Shown here: positions 40,481 to 50,784 of the stretch, one piece after another
Numbering within the stretch: position 1 is the first letter of the stretch
Layout: each line of letters begins with the position of its first letter
Source of the DNA: Vulcanimicrobiota bacterium
GTDB taxonomy: Bacteria > Vulcanimicrobiota > Vulcanimicrobiia > Vulcanimicrobiales > Vulcanimicrobiaceae
DNA: 64,000 bases
NCBI GenBank assembly: GCA_963797935.1
Contig: CAWCRI010000016.1
Span: forward strand, 19,720 to 83,719
Reading direction: 5' to 3'
The notes under the pieces: generated by a model
What the model saw: the letters and a program-made list of their open reading frames with translations, nothing else
What the model was told of the DNA's origin: nothing
The model's database searches: none
Made by a program: the position numbers and the translations under genes

Positions 40481-40831
40481 GTGAAGGACGACCGCGTGCG
40501 CGACGAGCGCGTCCTCGTCTACTCCACCGACGGCGGTCTCCCGCTGCCGAAGCCGGCGCCGGCGCAGCGCAAGACGCAGCCGGTCGCCCGCGCGATGCCC
40601 GATGACGGTGTCGTCCGCGTCGCGCGCGAGCGGCGCCGCAACAGCGCACTGACCGTCGTGCACGGGCTCGCCGCCGCCGAGGTGGAGGCGGTCGGAAAAG
40701 AGCTCAAGCGCCTGTGCGGCACAGGCGGCACCGCGAAGAACGGCGTGGTCGAGATCCAGGGCGATCACCGCGACCGCATCGTCGCGTACTTCGAGGAGCG
40801 CGGCCGGCGCGTCAAGCGCGCGGGCGGCTAG
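40481..40831 (+). CDS. yciH: SUI1/eIF1-like translation factor
   Basis: LVYSTDGG...DGVVRV...LKRLCGTGGTAKNGVVEIQGDHRD...KRAGG. Confidence 0.9.
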   Translation: MKDDRVRDERVLVYSTDGGLPLPKPAPAQRKTQPVARAMPDDGVVRVARERRRNSALTVVHGLAAAEVEAVGKELKRLCGTGGTAKNGVVEIQGDHRDRIVAYFEERGRRVKRAGG

Positions 40832-41595
40832 TGCCCGACGCGCTCCACCTCGTCCTCTACGTCGTGCTCGGCGGCGCGCTCGGCGCGCTCGGCGGGCTGT
40901 TCGGCATCGGCGGCGGGATCATCGCGATCCCGGTGCTCGGGCTCGCGTTCGGGCTGAACGAGCAGCACGCGCAGGGCACCGCGCTGGTGATGGTCGCGCC
41001 CAACGTGCTCGTCGGCTTGTGGGACTACGCCCGGCGGGGCAGCGTCGACCGCCGCGTCGCCGTGCTGCTCGCGGCCAGCGCGGTGCCCTTCACCTACGTC
41101 GGCGCGCTCTACGCGACGCGCATCGCCGGACCCGGGCTGCGGTTCGGTTTCGGGGTCTTTGCCGCCGTGCTCGCGATCTGGTTCGCCTACCGCGCGCTGA
41201 GCGCGCCGAAGATCGCGCCGGCCGCCGTCGCGCGGCTGGCGTGGGGCTGGACGGCCGTCGTCGGCGCGCTCGGCGGGGTCTTGTCGGGCGTGTTCTCGGT
41301 GGGCGGCGCCGTGTTCTCCGTGCCGTTCCTAACGCTGGTGTTCGCCTACACGCAGACCGAGGCGCAAGGGCTCTCCCTGGCCCTTGTCGCCCCGGGCACG
41401 ATCGTCGGCATCGTCACCTACGCGCTGGCGGGCGACGTCGACTGGGGGATCGGCATCCCGCTCGCCGTCGGCGGAACGGTCTGCGTGCGCTACGGCGTCG
41501 CGCTCGCGCACCGGCTGCCGGAGCGCCGGCTCCGGCTGCTGTTCTGCGCGCTGCTGGCGGCGGCCGCCGTCGGCCTGCTCAGCCGGGGATCGTGA
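40831..41595 (+). CDS. TauE/SafE family membrane protein
   Basis: GGLFGIGGGII.IP...AQGT and the duplicated GVFSVGG...AQGLSL. Confidence 0.9.
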   Translation: MPDALHLVLYVVLGGALGALGGLFGIGGGIIAIPVLGLAFGLNEQHAQGTALVMVAPNVLVGLWDYARRGSVDRRVAVLLAASAVPFTYVGALYATRIAGPGLRFGFGVFAAVLAIWFAYRALSAPKIAPAAVARLAWGWTAVVGALGGVLSGVFSVGGAVFSVPFLTLVFAYTQTEAQGLSLALVAPGTIVGIVTYALAGDVDWGIGIPLAVGGTVCVRYGVALAHRLPERRLRLLFCALLAAAAVGLLSRGS

Positions 41596-41989
41596 ACGTG
41601 ACCGTGCGCGAGCCGGCCTTGCGCAGCGCGGCGTCCTTCGCGGCGTTCGCTTGCACGACCGCGACGTTCTTGAACGCATTGCGCGTCGGCGCGAAGGCGA
41701 CCGTGAAGTTCAGCTTGGTGATCGGCCCGCTCCACTTCACCAGCAGCGTGTTCGCGCCGCGGTGCACGATGGTCGTGATGTCGTCGTAACTGGCGGTGTG
41801 CAAGTCCTCGACCTGCTGGCCGTTGACGTCGACCTCGAGCCCGTCGGGCTCCGCCTGCATGTTCTTGAGGATCGTGATCGGACCGTTGGCGTCGGTGCCC
41901 GTATCGCTGGCTGACTGCTGAGCGCTCGCCGCCCCACCCGCTAGCGCCGCAATCGCCGCCGCGGCCGCCAGCACCTTGAATGTGCGCAT
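41579..41989 (-). CDS. Secreted hypothetical protein
   Basis: Signal peptide ending ASA; beta-rich mature region. Confidence 0.7.
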   Translation of the reverse strand: MRTFKVLAAAAAIAALAGGAASAQQSASDTGTDANGPITILKNMQAEPDGLEVDVNGQQVEDLHTASYDDITTIVHRGANTLLVKWSGPITKLNFTVAFAPTRNAFKNVAVVQANAAKDAALRKAGSRTVTFTIPG

Positions 41990-42080
41990 ACGAACGTTGT
42001 ACCCGCGCCCTTGATTGCCGACCCTCGAACCGGCGTTCGAGGCGGCCGGTTCGCGGTCGTCGAGGCGCGAAGGCGCGCTC

Positions 42081-43235
42081 GTGAGCTCGGACCTCTCGCT
42101 ACCGGAGGCCCGCCGGATCGTGCTGGCGGCCCAAGGCTTCGCCGACCCCGCGCCACAGGGCAGCGTCGACCGGCGCTTGCTGCGGCGCGTCTTCGACCGC
42201 GTCGGTTTGATTCAGATCGACAGCGTCAACGTGCTGGTGCGCTCGCACTATCTGCCTGCGTTCTCCCGGCTGGGCGCGTACGACGCCGCGGTGCTGGAAC
42301 GCGCGGCGTACGGGCGCGACCGCTTCCTGTTCGAGTACTGGGGTCACGAAGCGTCGCTGCTGCCGCTCGAATTGCACCCGCTGCTGCGCTGGCGCATGGC
42401 ACGCGCGGAGCACGGCATTGGAACGTGGGGACGCATCGCGCAGACGGTTCGCGACCAGCCCGGTTTCTTGAAGCGATTGCGCGCGACGGTCGCAGAGCGC
42501 GGTCCGATCGCCGCGAGCGGGTTCGACGGCGCGCGCGGCAAGGGCTCGTGGTGGGGCTGGAGCGACGTGAAAATCGGGCTCGAGGCGCTATTCTGGTCCG
42601 GAAAGATCACCACCGCGCACCGCAAAGGGTTCGAGCGCGTGTACGATCTGCCCGAGCGCGTGCTGCCGCGCGCGATCCTCGACGCGCTCACACCGAGCGA
42701 AGCGGATGCGCAGCGCGAGCTCGTGCGCATCGCCGCGCGTTCGCTGGGTGTCGCGTCGGAGCGCGACCTGCGCGATTATTTCCGGCTCGATCTCGCGGAC
42801 GCGCGCGCGCGCGTCGCGGAACTCGCCGACGCCGGCGAACTGGAGCGAGTGCAGGTGCACGGACTGCGCGGCGACCGTTATCTCGCGCGCGGCGCGCGCC
42901 TGCCGCGGCGCGTCGACGCGCGCGCGCTGCTGTCGCCGTTCGACTCGCTGATCTGGCAGCGCGCGCGCACGAGCGAGCTGTTCGAGTTCGACTTCCGCTT
43001 GGAGATCTACACGCCGCAGCACAAGCGCGTCCACGGCTACTACGTGCTGCCGTTCCTGCTGGGCGACGCGCTGGTCGCGCGCGTCGACCTCAAGCACGAC
43101 CGCGCCGCCGGCGTCCTGCGCGCGATCGCGGTTCACGTCGAGCGCGGTGTGCGCAAACGCGACATTCTGCCGGATTTGCGCGAGGAGCTGCACGCAATGG
43201 CCGCGTGGCTGGGCGCGCGGGAAGTCGGCGTGTGA
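42081..43235 (+). CDS. YcaQ-like (HTH_42) DNA crosslink-repair glycosylase family protein
   Basis: QIDSVNVLVRSHY, FEYWGHEAS, LLSPFD and RLEIYTP..KRVHGYYVLPFL. Confidence 0.88.
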   Translation: MSSDLSLPEARRIVLAAQGFADPAPQGSVDRRLLRRVFDRVGLIQIDSVNVLVRSHYLPAFSRLGAYDAAVLERAAYGRDRFLFEYWGHEASLLPLELHPLLRWRMARAEHGIGTWGRIAQTVRDQPGFLKRLRATVAERGPIAASGFDGARGKGSWWGWSDVKIGLEALFWSGKITTAHRKGFERVYDLPERVLPRAILDALTPSEADAQRELVRIAARSLGVASERDLRDYFRLDLADARARVAELADAGELERVQVHGLRGDRYLARGARLPRRVDARALLSPFDSLIWQRARTSELFEFDFRLEIYTPQHKRVHGYYVLPFLLGDALVARVDLKHDRAAGVLRAIAVHVERGVRKRDILPDLREELHAMAAWLGAREVGV

Positions 43236-43252
43236 GCCGCCGGAAATAGAGA

Positions 43253-43276
43253 GAGGCACCGCCGGAGCGGTGCCTC
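43253..43276. terminator. Hairpin between convergent genes
   Basis: GAGGCACCGC-CGGA-GCGGTGCCTC, pyrimidine-rich downstream on both strands. Confidence 0.7.
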
Positions 43277-43310
43277 GTCTTGTTCGTCTGTGGTGCTGGA
43301 GACGAAAGCT

Positions 43311-44009
43311 TTAATGGTACGGGGTGGGGTACGGCGTCGGGTACGAGTTGTTGTTCTGGTAACCGCCGTTGGGGTACTGGCCCTGGCGCCGCGAGAGGAC
43401 CGTGGTCGGGGTCGTCGTCTTCATCGAGACCGTCGAACCCTGATTGATGGTGACGTTCTGACCGGAGCTCGCGCCGTAGAGCGCGCCGCCGATCGCGCCG
43501 ACCGCGCCGCCGACGTCCGTGCCGATGTGCTTGCCGACGTAGTTGCCGAGGATCTGCCCGATCACGCCGCCGGCGATCGTTTTCGTCGTCTGGTTGGCGC
43601 GGTTGCCCTGCGGGTCGGCGGAGAGAACTTGGCCTTGCAGCGAAGCCGTCGTGCCGTCGACGAGGGTGAGCCGGTCGAAGGCCAGGTCGACGCGGCCCTT
43701 GCGCGTGCCGCCCGCGTGCGTCACGTTCGCGACGTGGCCGTACACCTTGGCGCCCTGATAACGCTGGTCGTCGGCCGGGAACGGCGCCTGCACGTCGAGG
43801 ACGAACGGGTCGCCGACCTGCGAGCTCTTGCTGTTGATCGATTGCTCGAGCGTACCGGTGATGACCGACTGCGACGGCAACAGCGTGTCGCCGTTTCCGT
43901 TGTTGTACTGGCCGTTGCCGTTGTACTGTGCCGACGCGGCGAGCGGCAGGGCCGCGAACGCTGCGACGGCGAGCGTGAGAAGAGACTTGCGGAGCATCGA
44001 ATACCTCAT
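43311..44009 (-). CDS. Secreted glycine-zipper/TrbI-like beta protein
   Basis: Signal peptide; LEQSINSK..VGDPF; glycine zipper GGAVGAIGG; Asn/Tyr/Pro-rich tails. Confidence 0.75.
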   Translation of the reverse strand: MRYSMLRKSLLTLAVAAFAALPLAASAQYNGNGQYNNGNGDTLLPSQSVITGTLEQSINSKSSQVGDPFVLDVQAPFPADDQRYQGAKVYGHVANVTHAGGTRKGRVDLAFDRLTLVDGTTASLQGQVLSADPQGNRANQTTKTIAGGVIGQILGNYVGKHIGTDVGGAVGAIGGALYGASSGQNVTINQGSTVSMKTTTPTTVLSRRQGQYPNGGYQNNNSYPTPYPTPYH

Positions 44010-44025
44010 GGTGGAGTCACGTGGG

Positions 44026-44052
44026 TAACGCACCACAACCGCTGGGCGTTCC
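44026..44052 (-). promoter_or_regulatory. ECF-sigma-type promoter
   Basis: Minus strand GGAAC-N17-CGTTA; a similar GGAAC-N18-CGTTA precedes the 8720 gene. Confidence 0.5.
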
Positions 44053-44127
44053 GTGCGCAAGCAAAGAGGCGCCGGTCAGTGACCGGCGCCTCTACAACCT
44101 GGGAAACCGCTATCGACGGGCCGGCGG

Positions 44128-45357
44128 CTAGGCCGTCAGGGGAGCGAGCTCGCGGTCGATCTCGCCGCGCAGCCCGGAGTCGGCGCGCAGCGCGGCCGCT
44201 TTGTCGAGCCGCTCCCACGGCAGGTCGAGCTCCGGACGGCCGAAGTGGCCGTACGACGCCGTCTGCTTGTAGATCGGGCGCCGCAGGTCGAGGTTGGCGA
44301 TGATCGCCGCCGGGCGCAGGTCGAAGTGCTTGCCGACGAGCTCGGCGATCTTCTCTTCGGCGATCTTGCTGGTGCCGAACGTCTCGACGAGCACGCTGAC
44401 CGGGTGCGCGACGCCGATCGCGTATGCGACCTGCAGCTCGCAGCGCTCCGCGAGCCCCGCCGCGACGACGTTCTTCGCGACGTAGCGCGCGGCGTATGCC
44501 GCCGAGCGGTCGACCTTGGTGGGATCCTTGCCCGAGAACGCTCCGCCGCCGTGCCGCGCCATCCCGCCGTACGTGTCGGCGATGATCTTGCGGCCGGTCA
44601 AGCCCGCGTCGCCCTTGGGTCCGCCGATGACGAACCGGCCGGTGGGGTTCACGAAGATCTTCATGTGCTCGTCGCGCAGCCCGCGCGGGATCACGGCGTC
44701 GATGATCTGCTCGGTCACCTCGCGCCGGATCAATTCGAGCGGGATGTCGTCGTCATGCTGCGTGGAGATCACGACCGCTTCGATCCGAACCGGTTTGTGG
44801 CCGTCGTACTCGACGGTCACCTGAGACTTGCCGTCGGGGCGCAGGTACTTGATGTCGCCGTTCTTGCGCTTCGCCGCGAGCAGCCGCGTGAGCTCGTGCG
44901 CGAGCGTGATCGGCAGCGGCATCAGCTGCGGCGTCTCGCGGCAGGCGAAGCCGAACATCATACCCTGGTCGCCGGCGCCGGTGAGTTCGAACGGATCGCG
45001 CTCGCCGGTCTCCTTCACTTCCAGGGACTTGTCGACGCCCATCGCGATGTCGGGCGACTGCTCGTCGACCGACACCGACACGCCGCACGTCTCGTAGTCG
45101 AAGCCCACGGCCGAGCGGTCGTAGCCGACTTCCTTGATGGTGTCGCGCACGATGCGCGGGATGTCGACGTACGTGGTCGTCGAGATCTCGCCGGCGATGT
45201 GGATCTGCCCCGTGATCGCGAACGTCTCGCACGCGACGCGGCCCTGCGGGTCCTTCGCCAGGATCGCGTCGAGCACGGCGTCGGAGATCTGATCGGCGAG
45301 CTTGTCGGGATGCCCCTCGGTCACCGACTCCGAGGTGAACAGACGGCGGTACGCCAT
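44128..45357 (-). CDS. metK: S-adenosylmethionine synthetase
   Basis: [19 protein letters not shown] and [16 protein letters not shown]. Confidence 0.98.
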   Translation of the reverse strand: MAYRRLFTSESVTEGHPDKLADQISDAVLDAILAKDPQGRVACETFAITGQIHIAGEISTTTYVDIPRIVRDTIKEVGYDRSAVGFDYETCGVSVSVDEQSPDIAMGVDKSLEVKETGERDPFELTGAGDQGMMFGFACRETPQLMPLPITLAHELTRLLAAKRKNGDIKYLRPDGKSQVTVEYDGHKPVRIEAVVISTQHDDDIPLELIRREVTEQIIDAVIPRGLRDEHMKIFVNPTGRFVIGGPKGDAGLTGRKIIADTYGGMARHGGGAFSGKDPTKVDRSAAYAARYVAKNVVAAGLAERCELQVAYAIGVAHPVSVLVETFGTSKIAEEKIAELVGKHFDLRPAAIIANLDLRRPIYKQTASYGHFGRPELDLPWERLDKAAALRADSGLRGEIDRELAPLTA

Positions 45358-45455
45358 TAGTCGCGTCCCTTCGTGACGCGACGGAGGACGAGCGCCACAC
45401 GTGGCGCCTCCGCAGCCGGCCCGATGGTGCTCTTAGAGGTGGCTACCATCATGAT

Positions 45456-46748
<1,293 letters not shown>

Positions 46749-46843
46749 TTATGGTGTGTGAGGCGAAAGCAACCGTGCTTGTTGAAACGAGCTACAACGG
46801 TGCGACCGGACCCCATTCGCCGCGAGGCGTCCGGAGTTCTTGC

Positions 46844-47470
46844 CTGGTAGACCGCTCCGTGCCCGGAATCGATGCATACCTTGACCGGCTGGCGTCCGCC
46901 GAGCCGACCCCCGGCGGCGGCAGCGCCGCGACGCTGGTCGGCGCCATGGGCGCCGCGCTGTGCGCGATGGTGGCGCGGATCACGGCCGGCAACGACCGGT
47001 ACGCTTCCGTACGCACCGAGGCGCTGGCCGTCGTGGCGGCCGCCGACGTGCTGCGCGAGCGGCTCGCGGCCGCCCGCCCCCTCGACGAGGCGGCGTACGA
47101 GCGGGTCATCGCCGCGTCCGCGCTCCCGAAGGCGACCGACGACGAGAAGCGGGCGCGCACGGCCGCCCTGCAAGCGGCCCTCGCCGGCGCGGCCGAGGCG
47201 CCGCTCGCCGCGGCCGGGCTGAGCGCCGAGGGCGTCGCGCTCGCGGAGCGCGCCGCCGCGCTCGGCAACACGCACCTCGCGAGCGACGTCGAGTGCGCGC
47301 TGCACTTCTTCCGCGCCGCGCTCGCCGCGAGCGTCGCGAACGTGCGCATCAACCACCACTTCATCAAGGACGCGGAGGTCGTGCGCGCGCAGGAGGCGCG
47401 TCTTGTCGCCATCGCCGACCCTGCGTCGGCGGCGCTGAACCGCCTGCTGGCGGGTACGGTAGGCCCGTGA
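46844..47470 (+). CDS. Formiminotetrahydrofolate cyclodeaminase family protein
   Basis: LAS.EPTPGGGSAA...GN.HLASD...NVRIN; start is CTG 46844 (GGAG-7nt) or GTG 46859. Confidence 0.88.
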   Translation: MVDRSVPGIDAYLDRLASAEPTPGGGSAATLVGAMGAALCAMVARITAGNDRYASVRTEALAVVAAADVLRERLAAARPLDEAAYERVIAASALPKATDDEKRARTAALQAALAGAAEAPLAAAGLSAEGVALAERAAALGNTHLASDVECALHFFRAALAASVANVRINHHFIKDAEVVRAQEARLVAIADPASAALNRLLAGTVGP

Positions 47471-48876
47471 ACGTCCTCGGCCGCGTAAAACCGCTCGACG
47501 CGCTGCTCGCGCAAACCGGCGCCGACCCGCACGGAACCGCGCTCAAGAAAACGCTGGGCGTGTGGGGCCTCACCGCGCTCGGCATCGGCGCCATCATCGG
47601 CACGGGCATCTTCGTGCTCACGGGCAAGGCGGCCGCGACGAGCGCGGGCCCCGCCATCGTGCTGTCGTTCGTGATCGCGGGCATCGTCAGCGCGCTCGCT
47701 GCGCTCTGCTACGCGGAGCTCGCGTCGTCGGTGCCGGTCTCCGGCAGCGCGTACACGTACGTCTACGCGACCCTCGGCGAGTTCATCGCGTGGATCGTGG
47801 GCTGGGGGCTCATCCTGGAGTACGCGCTCGGCGCGGCGACGGTCGCGATCGGCTGGTCGGGATATTTCTCCGACTTCCTGAGCGCGACGTTTCACATCGT
47901 CATCCCGAAGGCGCTCGACAGCAACCCGTTCGACGGCGGCATCATCAACTTGCCGGCCGCGCTGATCATCCTGCTCATCAGCGCCCTGCTGATCCGCGGC
48001 ACGAGCGAGAGCAACACGGTGAACAAGCTCATCGTCGCGGTCAAGCTGTGCGTCGTCGCGTTCTTCATCATCATCGGCATCGGTCACGTCGATCCGGCGA
48101 ACTGGCATCCGTTCGCGCCGTTCGGCGGGTGGGGCGTCGTGAACGGCGCGGGGCTGGTGTTCTTCGCGTACATCGGGTTCGACGCGGTGTCGACCTCGGC
48201 GGAAGAAGTTCGCGATCCGGCGCGCGATCTGCCGCGCGGCATCCTCGCGAGCCTCGCGATCTGCACGGTGCTCTACATCATCGTGTCGGCCGTCCTCACC
48301 GGCATCCTCAAGTACGACCAGCTCAACGTGCCGTCGCCGGTGTCGTTCTCGCTGATCCAGATCGGCCTGGGCTGGGCCGGCGCGATCGTCGCGCTCGGCG
48401 CGATCGCGGGCCTGACGACCGTGCTGCTGGTGCTGTTGTACGGCCAGAGCCGCGTGTTCTTCGCGATGTCGCGCGACGGGCTGCTGCCGGCGATGTTCGC
48501 GCGCGTGCACCCGCGCTTTCGCACGCCGTACCTGTCGTCGGCGCTCATCGGCATCGTCGTCGCGATCGTCGCGGCGATCGCACGGCTCGACGACGTGGCG
48601 AACCTCGTCAACATCGGCACGCTCGCGGCGTTCGCGCTGGTGTCGATCGGCGTGATCATCCTGCGCCGGAAGCAGCCGAACCTCGAGCGCCGCTTTCGCG
48701 TGCCGTGGAGCCCGGTCGTGCCGATCCTCTCCGCCGCCGGCGCGCTGTTCTTGATGTTCAAAGGCCTGCCCGTCAAGACGATCGTCGCGTTCTTCGTCTG
48801 GATGGCGCTCGGCCTGGTGGTGTACTTCTTCTACTCGCGGCAGCGCAGCGTCGTCGGGCACGAAAAGGCCGCGTAG
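47467..48876 (+). CDS. APC family amino acid permease
   Basis: GIGAIIGTGIF, CYAELAS..PVSGSAY, FFAYIGFD.VST.AEE and RVFFAMSRDGLLP. Confidence 0.95.
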   Translation: MNVLGRVKPLDALLAQTGADPHGTALKKTLGVWGLTALGIGAIIGTGIFVLTGKAAATSAGPAIVLSFVIAGIVSALAALCYAELASSVPVSGSAYTYVYATLGEFIAWIVGWGLILEYALGAATVAIGWSGYFSDFLSATFHIVIPKALDSNPFDGGIINLPAALIILLISALLIRGTSESNTVNKLIVAVKLCVVAFFIIIGIGHVDPANWHPFAPFGGWGVVNGAGLVFFAYIGFDAVSTSAEEVRDPARDLPRGILASLAICTVLYIIVSAVLTGILKYDQLNVPSPVSFSLIQIGLGWAGAIVALGAIAGLTTVLLVLLYGQSRVFFAMSRDGLLPAMFARVHPRFRTPYLSSALIGIVVAIVAAIARLDDVANLVNIGTLAAFALVSIGVIILRRKQPNLERRFRVPWSPVVPILSAAGALFLMFKGLPVKTIVAFFVWMALGLVVYFFYSRQRSVVGHEKAA

Positions 48877-48892
48877 CGAGCGCTACGCGGCC
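48867..48892. terminator. GC-rich hairpin between convergent genes
   Basis: GGCCGCGTAGCG-AG-CGCTACGCGGCC; no U-tract. Confidence 0.5.
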
Positions 48893-48900
48893 CCGGCTGT

Positions 48901-49491
48901 TCAGCTCGCGGCGGGTGAGGGCGCGGAGCTCGCCGCGGCGCCGTTGTGCTCGCGGTTCCCCGGCATCGTCGGCTCGGCGAGCGTGCCGTCGGGCGGGCTC
49001 GTGTCGCGCCGCCCGAGGATGAGGTAGGCGGCGGCGATCCCGCCCGCGAGCGCGAGCGTCGTGATCACCGGGTGGTGCAGCTTCTCGTCGAGGCCCAAAA
49101 GCGCGTCGACCGAGAGCGCGCCGTAGCCGGCCGACGCGAGCGCGAGCGCGCCGGCCGAGTACAGCACGTTGACCTCGACGCCGCCTTTGCCCGCGAAGAA
49201 TCCGTTGGGCTTGTGGACGGTCTCCGCGGCGACGATCATCGTCGAGATCACGCCCGCGGGGCCGAGCGGCCCGCCCAAACCGAGCGCGATCATCAGCCCC
49301 GACGCGAGCTCGTTGTACGACGCGGCCGTGGCGTACGTCTCACCCGGCTTGAAACCCAGGCTCCCCATCAACCCGGCGGCTTTCTCCGGACCCGGTCCCT
49401 CGAACCAGCCGAACGCCTTTTGCGCGCCGTGCGACGCGACGCCCAGGCCGAGCGCGAGGCGCGCGGCCAGCAGCCCGAGCGCGTGCATCAC
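48901..49491 (-). CDS. DoxX family membrane protein
   Basis: HGAQKAFGWFEGPG...VHKPNGFF...GG.E...G.GALSVD. Confidence 0.9.
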   Translation of the reverse strand: MMHALGLLAARLALGLGVASHGAQKAFGWFEGPGPEKAAGLMGSLGFKPGETYATAASYNELASGLMIALGLGGPLGPAGVISTMIVAAETVHKPNGFFAGKGGVEVNVLYSAGALALASAGYGALSVDALLGLDEKLHHPVITTLALAGGIAAAYLILGRRDTSPPDGTLAEPTMPGNREHNGAAASSAPSPAAS

Positions 49492-49727
49492 TCCACCGCC
49501 GCAGGGTCGTCGGACGCGTCTTCGATCTCGGTGATGCGCCCCGCGCCGTGGATCACCTCGGTCACCTTCTCGCCGCCTTCTGCGACGGGATCGGACACGA
49601 CGGCATAGTGGGTGTGGCCGTGGCCGCCGCTCTCGTCGGCGTGCAGCGTGCCGGCGAGCACGCGCCCGTCGTCGAGCGTCAGCCGGACGGCCTTGCCGAC
49701 CCAGGGACGGACTTCGTCATCGGTCAT
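49488..49727 (-). CDS. Small hypothetical protein (Sm/SH3-like beta pattern)
   Basis: MTDDEVRPWVGKAVRLTLDDGRVLAGTL; AAGGAG SD; overlaps the next gene. Confidence 0.75.
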   Translation of the reverse strand: MTDDEVRPWVGKAVRLTLDDGRVLAGTLHADESGGHGHTHYAVVSDPVAEGGEKVTEVIHGAGRITEIEDASDDPAAVE

Positions 49728-50068
49728 GGTTGCGCAGCTCCTTCGATCTGAAATGGTGTGCGGTGTGTGGAGTGTGCTCCCAGACCGGCACTGAGCGTCG
49801 CCGGTTGCGTGGTCCCGCCGCCGGCGATTCGCCTGAGGAGCACCTACCCGCGCGACGCGGCGGGACATCTCCGCTCGCATGCTGGGCGGGGAAGCGCAGC
49901 TCCGCGGGCAAGCGCGACGGGCCGTAGCGTGCTACGGTGGGTCTTCAGCGCGCCGTGAGGCGGCGAAACGATGAACGCCGGCGCCGAGCATCCCCGGGGT
50001 GTAGACGAGCCGCGGCTTCGGTGTGGAAAAGCGCGACTCGCAAGGATGATCGGCGACGGCGTCGGCCG

Positions 50069-50287
50069 CTATGCGGTGCGCTTCGAACCGTCGAACGATC
50101 GAACGCGAAGTTCGAGGTTCGTTCGGCGGCAGGCGCACGATAGCGGACGGCTGAGCCGCGTACCCGGCTCGTGGTGCTGGCAGCCCCGCTCGGAGTGCTG
50201 CGCTTCGCGGTGTCCGCAATCCGGACACGTGATGGTCTTCGATGTCGAGCGCACCGGGCTGCCCCGCGCGGCGATGGGCTTTTTCAT
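50069..50287 (-). CDS. Small Cys/His-rich putative zinc-binding protein (72 aa)
   Basis: MKKP...CPDCGHREAQHSERGC...SCAC; GGGGA SD; GC3-rich codons. Confidence 0.6.
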   Translation of the reverse strand: MKKPIAARGSPVRSTSKTITCPDCGHREAQHSERGCQHHEPGTRLSRPLSCACRRTNLELRVRSFDGSKRTA

Positions 50288-50392
50288 CTGTCCCCGATGC
50301 TGACGGACGTCTCGCCGCGTGTCCACCGACCGGTCGTACTAGTATTCCGCGCATTTTCGCAGTGCAGTACGCGCGAATATTGCGCCAGCCAC

Positions 50393-50435
50393 TATACTGC
50401 GCAAGATAGGTACGATCGTACCTGTCATCTTGCGC
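50393..50435 (+). promoter_or_regulatory. -10 box and palindromic operator upstream of the peptide gene
   Basis: TATACT at 50393-50398; perfect palindrome AGGTACGATCGTACCT at 50408-50423, within outer arms GCGCAAGAT/ATCTTGCGC. Confidence 0.65.
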
Positions 50436-50462
50436 GCTTCTCCTTGAAAAGGTGGCTCCAAA

Positions 50463-50633
50463 ATGATGGTAGTTCTCGCGATTTTATTGGCGTTGTCCGG
50501 TGGTACGAACGGATCAACAACTCCCGTCGCGTACGACGGCATGTCTGGCCCTCCGAGCGCCGCGATGATCGCGACCGTGGCGCCCGTGGCCGGTCCGTCG
50601 GACGACGGGATGTCCGGACCGCCGAGTCACTAA
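50463..50633 (+). CDS. 56-aa secreted peptide precursor with two DGMSGPPS cores (missing from the ORF track)
   Basis: MMVVLAILLALSGGTNGSTTPVAYDGMSGPPSAAMIATVAPVAGPSDDGMSGPPSH*; AAAGGTGG SD; the repeats are identical in protein but differ at synonymous positions. Confidence 0.85.
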   Translation: MMVVLAILLALSGGTNGSTTPVAYDGMSGPPSAAMIATVAPVAGPSDDGMSGPPSH

Positions 50634-50682
50634 CGGGAATCCATTCGACGCAGCGAAACGTCGAGAGCGGCAAGGGTGTTCG

Positions 50683-50708
50683 GGAGGCGCCCCAGTACGG
50701 GCGCCTCC
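50683..50708 (+). terminator. Hairpin between the peptide and regulator genes
   Basis: GGAGGCGCCC-CAGTAC-GGGCGCCTCC; no U-tract. Confidence 0.55.
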
Positions 50709-50784
50709 TGGTCGTTCCCGGGAGGACGTTTCGCCGACAGCACTTCAAAAGCGCGCCGACCGACGTGTATCGGTTCAGGACGCG

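Noticed and set aside
49971-50303. Plus-strand Cys-rich 110-aa ORF
   Set aside because: It is antisense to the better-supported 50069-50287 ORF, which has an SD and a coherent metal-binding motif.
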